The notes beneath the pieces were generated by a model. The model was not told the origin of the DNA. It made no database searches and worked only from the letters and a program-made list of their open reading frames with translations. 25,912 nt of DNA. Source: a virus (taxonomy: Duplodnaviria; Caudoviricetes). This document shows, piece by piece, positions 1-6,355 of the stretch; position 1 is the first letter of the stretch, and each line of letters begins with the position of its first letter. The translations under genes and the position numbers were made by a program. Location of the stretch: positions 1 through 25,912 of IMG/VR virus record IMGVR_UViG_3300030433_001532, one strand, 5' to 3'.

Positions 1-293
1 GCAAAGAGGTCATCTTTCACGATCCAGAGCCGCTCTTTGCGATCAGCTCGGACGCATACAACGTCTGCGTCGTCTTGCAGAAACGCGTCGTAAATCAGTT
101 TGAAGCCTGTCTTGCGCCGCTTCATTTCGCAGCGCAGATTTTCGATCACTACGTCGCCGGCATAGTCCTCACCGAGCTGCGCCTTGTAGCTGCCGCTGCC
201 AAATACGCGGCGCGCATCGAGCCCCTCGCCAACCGCCCAATCGACAGCGCCCTTCTCGTGTTCGTATCCCCGTTGCTTGTTGCGCGCGCTCAT
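1..293 (-). CDS. Hjc-type (PD-(D/E)XK) Holliday junction resolvase-like nuclease, runs off the window edge
   Basis: Not in the ORF track. Manual translation from the ATG at 293 (ATGA overlap with the cro stop) gives MSARNKQRGYEHEKGAVDW...GSGS...YAGDVVIENLRCEMKRRK..., with the K-x-R-G-x-x-x-E, GD and E-x-K motifs of Hjc-like enzymes. Confidence 0.7.
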   Translation of the reverse strand, partial: MSARNKQRGYEHEKGAVDWAVGEGLDARRVFGSGSYKAQLGEDYAGDVVIENLRCEMKRRKTGFKLIYDAFLQDDADVVCVRADRKERLWIVKDDLF

Positions 294-502
294 TCGGCAT
301 TCCTTGCCATCTGAAAAGAGCGGTGCAGATCATTTACGGTCACCTTTCCGCCTGTCAGCTCATAGATACGCGCGGTGATTTCTGCGCTAGGTCTATGCGT
401 TCCCCAGTACCAATGCGTGACTGCGGTCGGCGTGACGCCGAGAAGCTTGGCAGCTTTTGCGCGGGTCAGGCCGCGCTCGTCGATCCACTCGGAGAATAGC
501 AA
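290..502 (-). CDS. Cro-like XRE helix-turn-helix regulator
   Basis: 70 aa containing LTRAKAAKLLGVTPTAVTHWYWGTHRP...TGGKVTVNDL, a typical Cro/YdaS-like pattern; divergent from the repressor operon. Confidence 0.85.
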   Translation of the reverse strand: MLFSEWIDERGLTRAKAAKLLGVTPTAVTHWYWGTHRPSAEITARIYELTGGKVTVNDLHRSFQMARNAE

Positions 503-504
503 AA

Positions 505-585
505 CGTAAGTCCGTAACGTAAGAATTACGGACGTTATAAATTCAGTAAGAGAAACTTGTCAAAATACGTAAGTACTATTAGGGT
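505..585. promoter_or_regulatory. Overlapping divergent sigma70-like promoters and putative operators
   Basis: Minus strand: TTGACA (563-558)-17 nt-TTATAA. Plus strand: TTGTCA (557-562)-17 nt-TAGGGT. Inverted repeat GTCCGTAA/TTACGGAC (510-533). GTAAG words at 506, 519, 546 and 569. Confidence 0.6.
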
Positions 586-612
586 TAAAAAATAACCAAA
601 AGGAGAGCAAAA

Positions 613-1239
613 ATGAATGACGAGATAGGCGCGCGACTTGCAATGGGTCACAAACGAGTGAGCGATCGGCAACGAGAGCTGTATGAACGACACGATTTGG
701 AATATGAGTTGTCGAGTGATCGTTATATTTACAAGCACAGTATCTATGCACAAAATTTGATGACCAAAGCCCTCATCGCTTTGTTGCAAGATACAGGCAA
801 AAGCCAAAATTTTTACAAATGGCGTAACATGGCGCCGTCATACGAGTTGGTTGTCAGATACCTGGCAGATGTTTTTTACGAGCGCCGAGGTGTCGTCAAA
901 ATGGCAGAATTTGTGCAAATTTTGGACGGCAAAGCATCAAAATCTACAATTCGCAATTGTCTCAATGACGGGATATCGCTTGGTTTAATCAAGCGATCTA
1001 AATCCGGTTATTTGCCAACAGAATTATGGCAAGATGAAAGTGAAGCACGCATGATCGAACGTATGGTAAACGACGATATCATAGCGTTTTGCGAGTTTGC
1101 GCTCATGTGGCGAAATCAACGCAAACACGCGTTAGCGGCTGCACAAAGTAACGGTGATATGGCGTTTGATGGCACTGCTAGAAAGGCTCTAACGGAAGAA
1201 TTGTTAGATCTGTACCAAGCAAAAAACGTACAAAAATAA
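613..1239 (+). CDS. Hypothetical protein with probable winged-helix DNA-binding domain
   Basis: Strong RBS AAGGAG. The segment VKMAEFVQILDGKASKSTIRNCLNDGISLGLIKR resembles a wHTH. Visibly more AT-rich than the structural genes. Confidence 0.6.
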   Translation: MNDEIGARLAMGHKRVSDRQRELYERHDLEYELSSDRYIYKHSIYAQNLMTKALIALLQDTGKSQNFYKWRNMAPSYELVVRYLADVFYERRGVVKMAEFVQILDGKASKSTIRNCLNDGISLGLIKRSKSGYLPTELWQDESEARMIERMVNDDIIAFCEFALMWRNQRKHALAAAQSNGDMAFDGTARKALTEELLDLYQAKNVQK

Positions 1240-1293
1240 CAAAAAATAAATTAAATAAAAACCTATCACACAGGGATTTGGTGGAAATACGAT

Positions 1294-1926
1294 ATGCGTA
1301 ACAACATAAAGAGACTATGCGTCGATGCGGATATCACAGTTAGTGAGCTGGCACGCCGCATCAATATGCAGCCACATGCGCTGCGCCGTTACACCAGGGT
1401 GCGAGAAGATGGCAATCAAGAGGCACAACCGTCTGTCGAACTCGCAACCAAAATAGCCGACGCTTTAGGCGTCTCGATCGACAAGGTCATTGGTGTCGAT
1501 TTAGGGATCGCCGCGCGTCAGCAAAACAGAGAGGTAAGAAAGATGCCATTGTATGGGGCAGTACAAGGCGGAGAAGTTGGGTTTGATATCACCGACGTTG
1601 ACCAACCCATCGATACAATTGACACACCAAGCTATCTGCAAAGCGTCGAAGACGCCTACGCGGTGTTCGTAACAGGCACCTCGATGGAACCGAGGTACAT
1701 GGCGCGCGAAGTTGTGTACGTTCACCCGCATCGACCATACCGGCAAGGCGACTACGTCGTCGTTCAACTCCACGCCAACGGTAGCACGCACGCAATCGTT
1801 AAGCGCTTCGTCGAACTGACTGACACGCACGTTATCCTGAGCCAGCACAATCCTGACCGCGAAATACGTCACCCGCGCAAAAACGTGGCAGCGATCCATA
1901 GCGTGATCGGTACTTACCAGGGGTAA
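1294..1926 (+). CDS. CI-like phage repressor (XRE HTH + peptidase S24)
   Basis: N-terminal HTH (ITVSELARRINM...KIADALGVSID); C-terminal YAVFVTGTSMEP (catalytic Ser) and IVKR (catalytic Lys). Confidence 0.92.
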   Translation: MRNNIKRLCVDADITVSELARRINMQPHALRRYTRVREDGNQEAQPSVELATKIADALGVSIDKVIGVDLGIAARQQNREVRKMPLYGAVQGGEVGFDITDVDQPIDTIDTPSYLQSVEDAYAVFVTGTSMEPRYMAREVVYVHPHRPYRQGDYVVVQLHANGSTHAIVKRFVELTDTHVILSQHNPDREIRHPRKNVAAIHSVIGTYQG

Positions 1927-1927
1927 G

Positions 1928-1957
1928 TTGACTAACGAAACGTAATTACCTTATATT
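1928..1957 (+). promoter_or_regulatory. Putative sigma70 promoter for the xis operon
   Basis: TTGACT (1928-1933)-18 nt-TATATT (1952-1957), with GTAAG and GTAATTAC words overlapping. Confidence 0.55.
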
Positions 1958-1958
1958 C

Positions 1959-1990
1959 CCCTCTCGTACTATTTCGAGAGGGCTTTTTCT
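1959..1990 (+). terminator. Rho-independent terminator-like hairpin after cI
   Basis: CCCTCTCG-tactattt-CGAGAGGG followed by CTTTTTCT. Confidence 0.7.
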
Positions 1991-2104
1991 ATGCGTTTAC
2001 TATGTGAAGCTTTTGGCTTCTGTACCTTCCTTGTCGTCATCTATATGGCGTTTGCGTTCCTGGCAGCTTCAAACGACACGCTCTGGCAGAGCTGGGTTCA
2101 ATGA
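1991..2104 (+). CDS. 37-aa single-pass membrane peptide
   Basis: Below the ORF-track cutoff: MRLLCEAFGFCTFLVVIYMAFAFLAASNDTLWQSWVQ. GAGGG upstream; ATGA overlap with the next gene. Confidence 0.6.
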   Translation: MRLLCEAFGFCTFLVVIYMAFAFLAASNDTLWQSWVQ

Positions 2105-2271
2105 TGCCGGCGCTGGTTCCGGTTAGAGACGCCGCGGAACTTCTTTTCGGAGATCGCGGCCACCAGGCTTACAAAAAAGTTTTGAAGCTCATACACACCA
2201 ACAAGCTGCGTCACGTAGCGCAGGGTAGTCGTTACTACGTCGTCCGCTCGTCGATACAAGAACTGCTATGA
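2101..2271 (+). CDS. Excisionase-like (MerR-type/HTH_17) protein, 56 aa
   Basis: Manual translation: MMPALVPVRDAAELLFGDRGHQAYKKVLKLIHTNKLRHVAQGSRYYVVRSSIQELL. ATGA overlaps at both ends; close to the integrase. Confidence 0.7.
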   Translation: MMPALVPVRDAAELLFGDRGHQAYKKVLKLIHTNKLRHVAQGSRYYVVRSSIQELL

Positions 2272-2588
2272 GCTGCACAAAGTGCGACGGCAAGGGCATC
2301 GTGCGTGAGGGTGTCGCGACTGTTACGTGTGATAACTGCGATTGCCCTGAGGTAGATGAGATAAACCCAGCTCACTACAAAAAGGGCTCTACTGAGACGT
2401 TCGACTATATCATCGATGTTGTGCGTGAGCTGCCTGGCGATGAGGCGGCGATCGTCTCCAACATCATAAGATATGTGTCGCGGTATCGCCAGAAGCATGA
2501 CAACCCGCGCACCGACATCGAGAAAGCGCGCTGGTATCTCAACCGGCTGCGCAATTTGCTGATCGCGAAAGACGCTGCCAGTGAGTAG
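2268..2588 (+). CDS. DUF3310-family protein (T7 gp1.7-like putative nucleotide kinase) with N-terminal Zn finger
   Basis: INPAHYKKG..ETFDYI...NIIRYVSRY..K...DIEKARWYL signature; CxxC...CxxC at the N-terminus. Confidence 0.85.
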   Translation: MSCTKCDGKGIVREGVATVTCDNCDCPEVDEINPAHYKKGSTETFDYIIDVVRELPGDEAAIVSNIIRYVSRYRQKHDNPRTDIEKARWYLNRLRNLLIAKDAASE

Positions 2589-2784
2589 AAAGAACACTAG
2601 CACGGTAAAGGTGAAAACCGACTTCGGCAGCTTCTTCATTCATGTCGAGTCGAACGACGACATGACTGGTGCGTCCGGTGTCTGGATCTCAAAACAGCAA
2701 AAGCTTGACGACTCAGCTATCGATCGCCTGGTGAACGACATAATCGAAGGCGTTCACCAAGGCGTCGAAGCTCTTCAGAAATAG
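2581..2784 (+). CDS. Hypothetical protein, weak resemblance to the TSCPD domain of class II RNRs
   Basis: TVKVKTDFGSFFIHVE...GVWI pattern; overlaps the upstream gene. Confidence 0.5.
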   Translation: MSRKNTSTVKVKTDFGSFFIHVESNDDMTGASGVWISKQQKLDDSAIDRLVNDIIEGVHQGVEALQK

Positions 2785-2785
2785 A

Positions 2786-3946
2786 TTAACCGCGCGCCCG
2801 CCGCAGACGCTCTGCAATGCCGGTGTCGCGGTCGGCGTCTTCCATCCAGTGACCGTATTGTCGGCGGGTAAAGTCGATGCTTTTGTGCCCCATCAACGTC
2901 GTCACCGTCGCGTCGGCTTCCCGCAAATCATACAGCAATATTGACGCGAAAAAGTGGCGCAACGATTTCCAGCTAATCCGCTCGACGCCGGCGTTATCAC
3001 AAGCGACGTGCAGTCCGCGATTGCGCCAGTTGTCCACGTTGTCCATCTCGCCGGTGGAAGTCGGGAATACCAAGTTATGCACCCGCTGCTCGATCGGCTG
3101 CGCCAGCTTCCACGCGCGCAGCTCGGCCAACAGATCAACGTCGATCGGAATAGAACGATGGCCGGCTTTAGTTTTAGCCGCACCCAAGCGACCACCTTTC
3201 TTGCGCGCGCGGCGCACATGCACCAAGCCACGCTCGAAGTCGATATCTTCCCAGGTTAGTGAAATCTGCTCGCCGGCGCGCAGCCCGGTCCACGCAGCGA
3301 ATTTAATCTTTAAGCCGTAGCGCCCCGCATGCTCGACAATGACGTTAATGATATTTACCGACAGGCGGGACGCCAAAGCGTCGGCAGTCTCAGGCTTTGC
3401 CGGCAACGAGATTTGTTTGCCGGCAACTGGGTTTACCTTCAGCGCCTCAAGCAACACGGCGTGTTTGAGAACCTGACCGAATGTAGTGAAAATGTTCGAC
3501 GCTGTCTTATGCGCGCGGCCTTCAAACAACGCCGGCACAAGCGAAAGCTGGATAGGTCCGGTGCGGAGATCCGCTACCCGTGTCTCGCCCAGTGTTGCGG
3601 CGCCATAGGTGTCGTATGCCGATCGAGTGCCGGTGGCGAACGGCAACGCAATCAAATGATCGACGTTGGTGCGCTTGTTCGCAAGTTCGCCCTCGCCGAT
3701 CTCGCCGCGCTGCACCCGATCCGCCTGATGCTCGATAAATTTGGCGGCGATCGCGGAGAAGGTTGGTGATGTGTGGCGGGGGATAAATCCGCCGTCACGA
3801 TGCTCAGCCGCGGCATGCTCAAGCAAAGCCTTCGCTTCGGCGAGCGTTTTGCGCACCGGCTCGCCGCCGCCGTACTTGCGTAAGTTGACTATGTAGCCGT
3901 TGTCGCGCTTGCTGTAACGAATTCCTTTTGGTGTTTTCGGTGCCAT
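2786..3946 (-). CDS. int: Tyrosine recombinase / phage integrase (386 aa)
   Basis: TGLRAGE, KTKAG, KSLRH and MGH...Y motifs. Start reassigned to ATG 3946 behind AAGGAGAGCAAC. Confidence 0.93.
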   Translation of the reverse strand: MAPKTPKGIRYSKRDNGYIVNLRKYGGGEPVRKTLAEAKALLEHAAAEHRDGGFIPRHTSPTFSAIAAKFIEHQADRVQRGEIGEGELANKRTNVDHLIALPFATGTRSAYDTYGAATLGETRVADLRTGPIQLSLVPALFEGRAHKTASNIFTTFGQVLKHAVLLEALKVNPVAGKQISLPAKPETADALASRLSVNIINVIVEHAGRYGLKIKFAAWTGLRAGEQISLTWEDIDFERGLVHVRRARKKGGRLGAAKTKAGHRSIPIDVDLLAELRAWKLAQPIEQRVHNLVFPTSTGEMDNVDNWRNRGLHVACDNAGVERISWKSLRHFFASILLYDLREADATVTTLMGHKSIDFTRRQYGHWMEDADRDTGIAERLRRARG

Positions 3947-3965
3947 GTTGCTCTCCTTCGTTCGC

Positions 3966-4151
3966 TTATAGTTTGTTCCCAAATGCGGCGTAAAGTGCCT
4001 GCGTGACTGCGTCATACGCGCGGTCGGCTGCCGCCTCCTGTTGCGGGCTGTAATATTGCCCATTGCACATATCCAGCTTCCCGGCGCCAAGCAGGTCGCG
4101 TACCTTCTCCGCCTGTTGCACAGTCAATTCTATTGTGACTTTGCGCTTCAT
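3966..4151 (-). CDS. Hypothetical protein (61 aa)
   Basis: ATG 4151 behind GAGGAGAGCAACC; begins MKRKVTIELTVQQAE. Confidence 0.7.
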   Translation of the reverse strand: MKRKVTIELTVQQAEKVRDLLGAGKLDMCNGQYYSPQQEAAADRAYDAVTQALYAAFGNKL

Positions 4152-4214
4152 GGTTGCTCTCCTCTGGCTTGGTGATCTCACTTGGCGGCACCGCGCGGGT
4201 GCCGCCTGACGAGG

Positions 4215-4382
4215 TCATGAAGTCAGGCTTTCCAAGAGGCGCTGCATCCTAGCCTTTGTGACCTTCATTTCCTCCGGCTCTGGTTTGCGATCCCAGATCG
4301 CCGGAACGCCGCAGTCGGGGCATACGCGCTTGCGAAGCTGGTGCGTCACAAACCCACAGCATCTGCATTTTTTAATATCCAT
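4215..4382 (-). CDS. Small Zn-ribbon protein (55 aa)
   Basis: ATG 4382 behind AAGGAGAGCAAC; CRCCG...CPDCG. Confidence 0.7.
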   Translation of the reverse strand: MDIKKCRCCGFVTHQLRKRVCPDCGVPAIWDRKPEPEEMKVTKARMQRLLESLTS

Positions 4383-4392
4383 GTTGCTCTCC

Positions 4393-4665
4393 TTATGCAT
4401 TGTTGATGGTGCGAAGAGCTTCGACGGCGCTCTTCACTGGGACGCTTATTCCGAGAAAGTCTGCATACCATTCGTCTGCCGCACCGCCCGATTGCTTGCC
4501 GCCCCAAATTGTGAATTCCCAACCGCCTATCGTTGTGCCGGTCCACTCATACGAGTACTCGCCTCGCTCTATGGTTTCGATGCGCGTTAAATCAAACACG
4601 TTACGCCCGTTAACTTTGATGACGTCAGTGCCGTATTTGGTGGTGGCTTTTGTGATGCGTGTCAT
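4393..4665 (-). CDS. Hypothetical protein (90 aa)
   Basis: ATG behind GAGGAGAGCGAC; first gene after the predicted promoter; its stop overlaps the next RBS. Confidence 0.75.
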   Translation of the reverse strand: MTRITKATTKYGTDVIKVNGRNVFDLTRIETIERGEYSYEWTGTTIGGWEFTIWGGKQSGGAADEWYADFLGISVPVKSAVEALRTINNA

Positions 4666-4693
4666 GTCGCTCTCCTCTGTTTCGTTATTACTT

Positions 4694-4721
4694 ATTGTAA
4701 GTATTTCTTACCAAGCGTCAA
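4694..4721 (-). promoter_or_regulatory. Putative promoter of the int operon with palindromic operator
   Basis: TTGACG-16 nt-TACAAT on the minus strand; GTAAG-N5-CTTAC palindrome at 4697-4711 overlaps the spacer and -10. Confidence 0.65.
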
Positions 4722-4805
4722 CAAGAAAACGACCTTCAGGATATTTTGCGGGGATTTTCGCCCATAAATCGCGGGTAATTTTGCGGGGGTTTTGCGGGGA
4801 CGCAT

Positions 4806-4840
4806 AAAAAAAGGCCTAGCCAATTATGGCTAAGCCTTTG
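4806..4840 (-). terminator. Rho-independent terminator downstream of the tRNA fragment
   Basis: Minus strand AAAGGCTTAGCCA-taat-TGGCTAGGCC followed by a T7 run. Confidence 0.75.
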
Positions 4841-4847
4841 ATTTCAT

Positions 4848-4897
4848 TGGTTGCGGGGAGAGGATTTGAACCTCTGACCTTCAGGTTATGAGCCTGA
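4848..4897 (-). tRNA. 3' half of initiator tRNA-Met(CAT) = attP core, not a full tRNA
   Basis: TCAGG-CTCATAA-CCTGA-AGGTC-AGAGG-TTCAAAT-CCTCT-CCCCGCA-A-CCA. No D-arm or 5' acceptor strand upstream. A72 is typical of initiator tRNA. Confidence 0.9.
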
Positions 4898-4977
4898 TCA
4901 ATGCCCCTTGCGGGGATCAACAAAATCAACGGCTTAGCGCGGAACGCCAGTATATCCGCCGTTTTAAAAGGTACAAG

Positions 4978-5017
4978 AGGGGAATGCAGGGGAACGCAGG
5001 GGAATGTGTGGGAATGT
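4978..5017 (+). repeat. Four 10-bp tandem repeats AGGGGAAYGY (likely Xis binding array)
   Basis: aggggaatgc aggggaacgc aggggaatgt gtgggaatgt; period of about one helical turn. Confidence 0.75.
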
Positions 5018-5070
5018 TTTTCTGCGGGGAAAACGCGGGGAAAAGTTTTGCATGCCGCACAACCTGAAGG

Positions 5071-5406
5071 TCACTCCTTCGCCGCGCGGATCTTATCGCG
5101 GAGCGTGCCGTAATCCATAATGAACCTGGCGACCGCTGAGCAATTTTCGGTCACAGTGTCCCTAGCACACGGCGGGCCCAGCTTCTCAAACTCGTCAGCC
5201 GCGCGCGTCTGTATCTCGCTCGTATAGTCTACGATCGGCGGCGTGACGATTACCGCCTCGCCCTTCTCAACGCCTTTGTAATCCCAGTAGGCTCCCACCG
5301 CCGTGGCGCCAGCACTTATGACGCTAGAAGCGACCGTGACGCAACCGCTCAGCGGTATGAGGCAGATGATCAGGAACGCGATCCATACGCTGACGCGCCT
5401 CTTCAA
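5071..5406 (-). CDS. o-spanin (Rz1-like) lipoprotein
   Basis: TTG start gives MKRRVSVWIAFLIICLIPLSG/C, a lipobox; overlaps the upstream TM gene in another frame. Confidence 0.7.
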   Translation of the reverse strand: MKRRVSVWIAFLIICLIPLSGCVTVASSVISAGATAVGAYWDYKGVEKGEAVIVTPPIVDYTSEIQTRAADEFEKLGPPCARDTVTENCSAVARFIMDYGTLRDKIRAAKE

Positions 5407-5512
5407 CGGCTTTGCGTTGCTTCGCCTTAGCGAGTGCCCTCGCCACGAAGAAGGCGGCAATGGCGGTGACGGCAAGCGCTGCGCATCCCGCCATAACAAG
5501 CCAACCATTCAC
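5324..5512 (-). CDS. i-spanin (Rz-like)
   Basis: N-terminal TM helix then a charged helix; lies between the holin and the lipoprotein. Confidence 0.65.
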   Translation of the reverse strand: MNGWLVMAGCAALAVTAIAAFFVARALAKAKQRKAVEEARQRMDRVPDHLPHTAERLRHGRF

Positions 5513-5691
5513 TCGCCGCCTCGCTCTTTCATCATCGTTGCCGCTATGCCGGCGAGCGCCCCGATCACCACAGTGATTTGCGTGACGACTTCCCCTGGTA
5601 GCGAGATGCCTATCGCAGCCATGACGGACCCGAGGCCAGCTAGGGTAGAGGGCTCCTTGAGGCGGTTTAGCAACATCTGCACAATAATCAT
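5509..5691 (-). CDS. Holin-like protein (2 TM)
   Basis: ATG 5691 behind AAGGAG; RLKEPSTLAGL motif, two hydrophobic helices, charged C-terminus; follows the endolysin. Confidence 0.75.
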   Translation of the reverse strand: MIIVQMLLNRLKEPSTLAGLGSVMAAIGISLPGEVVTQITVVIGALAGIAATMMKERGGE

Positions 5692-5702
5692 TTTTGTCTC
5701 CT

Positions 5703-6083
5703 TCAATATGACCAGATCGTTGGTCGGTTGGTTGTGGTACTGTCTAGGTGTATGAAACGCTTCGCGCCTTTTTGCTGGATGCCAAAGCCAGTGAAACGCC
5801 CATCCATTATGGCAAGTCTCAAAAGCTTCACGGCAGCGCCGCGGCTGACGGCAATGTCCGCCGCTTTCCCTGACGAGTGCGTGCCGGTGCCCGGCTTCCG
5901 TTTCCGCGCCTCAACTGGATGAGCTGCACAGCGATAGCCGCTTGATGGATGCATTGGTCCGAACTGGTTGCGCAGGTCTTGCAGCGCATCCATGAATTCA
6001 GGGTCCATGTCGCATTCTCCACAGTGCGAGCATTTGAACTCTTTGCGGCTGAAATTGGGGTAACGATCCCAGTCCTCAATCAT
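5703..6083 (-). CDS. Endolysin, peptidase M15A family
   Basis: NFSRKEFKC..CG, SGYRC..H, H..GKAADI and FIHLD motifs; start at 6083 (TGATG overlap). Confidence 0.9.
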   Translation of the reverse strand: MIEDWDRYPNFSRKEFKCSHCGECDMDPEFMDALQDLRNQFGPMHPSSGYRCAAHPVEARKRKPGTGTHSSGKAADIAVSRGAAVKLLRLAIMDGRFTGFGIQQKGAKRFIHLDSTTTNRPTIWSY

Positions 6084-6355
6084 CAGTGTTTCCCGTGTCC
6101 GTTTAGTCGATCGCGGATGCCGTTTGTGAATTCCCACAAGCTCGTGACCTGTTTGTTCACTACATCCATCTCAGCGCGTAGCTGAACGATTTGCTCTGCC
6201 TGTTGTTGCGTCCATTTAAGAAGTCGAAGGTTGTCAGCTTGCAGCGTGTCTATGTCTTTGCGCATCTCGCTTATCTGCGCATACGAGCGGGCGGCATGAA
6301 AAATCAACGCGCCGATCAGAAGGATTTGCTCCCAGTACTCCGAAATCATGTTCAT
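6083..6355 (-). CDS. Membrane-anchored coiled-coil protein (lysis-associated?)
   Basis: N-terminal hydrophobic helix plus heptad-like region; translationally coupled to both neighbours. Confidence 0.65.
   Translation of the reverse strand: MNMISEYWEQILLIGALIFHAARSYAQISEMRKDIDTLQADNLRLLKWTQQQAEQIVQLRAEMDVVNKQVTSLWEFTNGIRDRLNGHGKH

Larger units (their letters stand above)
4731..5073. mobile_element. attP region (core, IHF sites, arm-type and Xis-type repeats)
   Basis: Non-coding gap containing a tRNA 3' half, two perfect IHF consensus sites (WATCAANNNNTTR; 4831-4843 minus, 4924-4936 plus), TGCGGGG repeats on both sides and 10-bp tandem repeats. Phage genes lie on both flanks. Confidence 0.85.

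Noticed and set aside
3947-4090. N-terminal extension of the integrase in the ORF track (and similar extensions to 5508, 6137, 6825 and 7244)
   Set aside because: These overlap upstream genes; downstream starts have an RBS, stop/start coupling or a signal peptide at the new N-terminus.
4206-4240. Hammerhead ribozyme (CTGACGA core)
   Set aside because: No stem II followed by GAAA in the required position.
4848-4925. Complete phage-encoded tRNA
   Set aside because: No D-arm or 5' acceptor strand; upstream is a CCCC-GCAA-GGGG hairpin and an IHF site.
4744-5040. CRISPR-like mini-array
   Set aside because: Repeats are 7-14 bp with no regular spacers; att architecture explains them better.
4901-5113. 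70-aa ORF across the right arm of attP
   Set aside because: It is a translation of the repeat array and has no convincing RBS.
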